Shown in pieces: positions 60,381 through 64,000 of a stretch of 64,000 nucleotides of DNA. The stretch comes from Centroscyllium fabricii (lineage: Eukaryota). The notes beneath the pieces were generated by a model. That model ran no database searches and was not told the origin of the DNA. It worked only from the letters and a program-made list of their open reading frames with translations. The stretch is taken from contig JBNRSN020000008.1 in the NCBI GenBank assembly GCA_051313645.2, positions 257,548,001-257,612,000 on the forward strand, in the 5' to 3' direction. Position 1 is the first letter of the stretch. Every line of letters begins with the position of its first letter. The position numbers and the translations under genes are program-made.

Positions 60381-61055
60381 GCTGCCGTCGTGCGTGGCCA
60401 GCAGTGATGCCCCGCCCACAGATCCCTAATTTAAATTTAAAAACGCCCACAGATCCCTAATTTAAATAAAGAAACGCCCCCTGTTTCAGAGTCGGACCTT
60501 TTAGAGAGCAGAGACGTGAGGCGCTGCACCCACAGACTCAGCAGTGAGCAACTTTTCACCGAAGGTAAGTCAGCGATTTTTTCTCTTAGTTTTTTAACTT
60601 AACTAAATCGTTAAAAATTTCAGAAATTTAAATGAAAAAATTAGCGATTTGGAATAGGTATAGCAATTGAAAATCGGATTTGTAAAATTGTTTAAAAAAC
60701 TTTAACATCCAAATTTAATGATACCGATCTGGCCACATTACTCCACAAAACTGTTAAAACTTAAAAGTAAAGGTAAAAAAGTAACTTATCTTGTTTAGGA
60801 ACGCACTGCTCTCCCTCACGCATGAGTTACTACTGCTTTTCTCCCGTGCAGCTTGTGGGCCAGTTGCCCACAGAATCACGAAGCAATTATCACCCTTTTC
60901 CATTTGAATTTTTGGGTGCAACTCACTCCTGCGATTGATGCTGAGGGCCCTTCTCCCTCAGCATCGGAAAGCTCCGATCCGTGGGCATGCCCCGTGCGTT
61001 CATCGCCCCCCTCTGTGCCAGGGCAACTGCTGCGAGGCACCCGATTTGCTGGCCC
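60381..61055. mobile_element. Partial inverted relative of the 58268-59113 Harbinger-type element
   Basis: Reverse-complement similarity to 58300-58950; ends ..ctggccc then ATT. Confidence 0.75.
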
Positions 61056-61416
61056 ATTATTGCGCTTGATGGTGCGCAGAGTTGGTCAACTCAATTAGAT
61101 CCATAGAATCACAGAATGCTGCAACACATAAGGAGGTCATGTATCCATTCGAGTCTGTGCCGGCTCTAGGAAAGGAGATCGCCAATTAGTCCCGCCCCCT
61201 ACTCTAATGCATAGTGTTGCAGTTTTTCCTTTTGAAGTATATATAACTTTCCCGCATTTCTCCTGCTTCTTCTTTGAATATTTGGACGTTTTAATTCCAA
61301 TTATTTCCTTTCTTCTCCGAAAGACGCGAAGGTTGGTTGTGTAATGGGTCCCACTGGCATCTGGAGCTGTCTCTTTTTGTTGAAGAATAAGCTACAGTGT
61401 GCATCAGCAGTGTCAT

Positions 61417-63294
61417 CATAGAAACATAAAAGTAGGAGCAGGAGTCGGCCATTCGACCCTTCGAGCCTGCTCCACCATCCAATATGATCAAGGCTGATCG
61501 TCTATCTCAAAACAATATTCCTGCTCTCTCCCCATACACCTTGATGCCTTTTGTGTCGAGAAATCTATCTCCTTCTTACATATATTTAGTGACTTGGCCT
61601 CCAGAGCTTTCTGTGCTATATAACTTCACAGGTTCACCAGCCTCTGAGTGAAGAAATTTCTCCTCATCTCAGTCCGAAATGTCCTACCCCGTATCCCGAG
61701 TCTGTGATTCCTCGTTCTAGACCTCCCAGCCATGGGAAACCTCCTCCCTGCATCCAGTCCGTCCAGCCTTGTCATTATTGTATATATTTCAATGAGGTCC
61801 CCGCTCATTATTCTAAACTCTACTGGATACAGACCAAGTCGACCGAAAATCTCCTCCTACGACAGCCCTGCTATCCCAGGAATGGGTCTAGTTAACTTTT
61901 GCTGCAGTCCCTCTATGGTATGTATATCCTTTCTTACGTAAGGAGACGAAAACTGCACACAATACACCAGGTGTGGGCTCGCCAGGGCCTTGTATAACTG
62001 TAGTAAGACATCATTGCTCCTGTACGCAAATGGTCCAGCATGAAGCCCAACATACCGTTTGCCTTCCTAACTGTTTGGACCTGCATGATTGCTTTCAGTG
62101 ACTAGTACACAATGACAGACAGGTCCCTCTGCACATCAACATTTCCCAATCTATCAACATTTAATTAAATCTCTGACATTCTGCTTATCCTGCTGAATTG
62201 GATGAATTTGCATTTGCCCACTTTATACTGCATCTACCCTGTAATTTCCCAGAAAATCAACCTGTCTAAATCAGCTTGAAACTTCTTTACATTCTCCTCA
62301 CAAATCACAATCTAACCATTTTCGTATCGTCAGCAAACTTGGAAATATTACATTTGTTCCCTTCATCCAAATAATTGATGTATATTGTAAATAGCTGGCA
62401 ATATGCACTGATCCTTCTGGTCCCCTGTCGTCACTTCCTGTCACCCCGGAAAAGATCAGTTCCTTCCTACTCTCTGTTTCCTGTCTGTTAAGCAGTTATC
62501 AATCGATGCCAGTATATTACCACAATCCCATCTTCTTCAATTCTGTACACCACCCTCTTATATGGGACATTATCAAATGCCTTCTGAAATTGATAATACA
62601 CCGCATAAACTGGTTCACCCTTATCTATTCTATCAGTTACATCCTCAAAACCTCCAACAGGTATATCAAATTTGATTTCCATTCCATAAGTCCATGTTGA
62701 TGTTGTATAATGCCGTTGATATTTTCTTAGTGTCCTGTTATGACAACCTTTATAATAGACACTAGCATCTTTCCTACTACTGATGTTAGGCAGCCGCTCT
62801 GTAGTTTTTCGTGTTCTCTCTCCCAGCCTTTTTAAATAGTGCGGTTACATTTTGCTCTCTACACTCGGCAGGAACTGTTCCATAATCTTCAGAAATTTGG
62901 AAGATGAAAACCAATGCATCCACTATTTCCATGGCTACCTCTTTAAGTACTCTGCCATGCCTATTATCAGGCCCAGGGGATTTATCGTCTTTAAGTCGCA
63001 TTAATTTCTCCAGAACTGTTTTTTTACTACTACTTATTTCCTTTAATTTCTCCTTCTCACTAGACCCCTGGTTCCCCAATATTTCTGGGGATGTATTTGT
63101 GTCCGCTTCCATGAAGGAAGAACCAAATTATTTCTTTAATTCCTCAGTCATTTCCTGGTTCCCCAATATTTCTGGGAATGTATTTGTGTCCGCTTCCATG
63201 AAGGAAGAACCAAATGATTTCTTTAATTCCTCAGTCATTTCCTGGTTCCCCAATATTTCTGGGAATGTATTTGTGTCCGCTCCATGAAGGAAGA
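61417..63294 (-). mobile_element. Degraded CR1
   Basis: KSPGPD..VLKEVA, FQKAFD, FADD, MRRNFFTQR; CR1 tail at 61417. Confidence 0.88.
63067..63294. repeat. 87-bp tandem repeat, ~2.6 copies, at the CR1 5' truncation
   Basis: Units start at 63067, 63154 and 63241. Confidence 0.92.
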
Positions 63295-63295
63295 C

Positions 63296-64000
63296 TGAGG
63301 ATCAGAGGGACCTTGCTGTGCATGTACATAGGTCCCTGAAGGCAGCAGGACAGTTGGACAAGGTGTTTAAAAAGTATATGGGATACTTGCCCTCATTAGC
63401 CGGGGAATAGAATATAAGAGCAGGGAGGTTATGATGGAGCTGTACAAAACACTGGTAAGGCCACAGCTGGAGCACTGTGAGCATTTCTGTTCGCCACACT
63501 ATAGGAAGGATGTAATAGCTTTGGAGAGGGTGCAGAGGAGATTCACCAGGATGCTGCCTGGTCTGTGGAGCTTCAGCTATGAAGAGAGACTGGATAGTCT
63601 GAGGTTATTTTCCTTGGAGCTGAGGAGGCTGAGGGGGGACCTGATTGAGGTTTTCAAATTTATGAGGGGGATAGATAGGGTGGATGGAGTGGAACTTTTT
63701 CCCTTGGTTGAGGTGTCAAAAACTAGGGGGCATAATTTCAGGGTAAGGGGCAGCAGGTATCGTGGGGATGTGAGGAAGACCTTTTCACCCAGAGGGTGGT
63801 TGGAATCTGGAACTCACTGCCTGAGAGGGTGGTATAGGCGGGAACCCTCACAACTTTCAAGAAGCATTTGGATGAGCTCTTTAAATGCCACAGCATACAA
63901 GGCTACGGACCAAGTGCGGGAAAATGGGAGTAGTATAGACTGGGGAAGAGGGGTGGCACGGACCTGATGGGCCGAAGTGCCTCTTTCTGTGCTGTATTAC
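63296..64000 (+). mobile_element. 5'-truncated CR1
   Basis: LVRPQLEHC..ALERVQRRFTRM..TRGH. Confidence 0.88.

Overview
Eukaryotic, transposon-saturated vertebrate DNA, most likely from a cartilaginous fish (HE1/V-SINE copies, shark-type CR1 LINEs, Penelope-like and Harbinger relics). No confidently identifiable host protein-coding gene. Main contents: (1) a full-length Rex1/Babar LINE with TSD, interrupted by a Gypsy element; (2) three CsRn1-clade Gypsy LTR retrotransposons (tRNA-Trp PBS, CHCC gag knuckle, 4-bp TSDs), one with identical LTRs and an intact 1267-aa gag-pol; (3) a ~13-kb array of a 54-bp satellite carrying one TTAGGG per monomer, with higher-order structure and a solo-LTR-like insert; (4) a Gypsy element with a palindrome instead of a tRNA PBS; (5) a non-autonomous Tf1/sushi-type self-priming LTR element with only ~170 bp of internal sequence; (6) two copies of a 5S-rRNA-headed SINE with a Rex1-like tail; (7) Penelope-like termini with minimal hammerhead ribozyme motifs; (8) a diverged ~2-kb duplicated block (305-2365 vs 29995-32380) with conserved promoter and splice-like signals on the minus strand, possibly from an unannotated tandem gene or ncRNA family. 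Coordinates of degraded fragments are approximate; all family assignments are by eye from motifs, with no database search.
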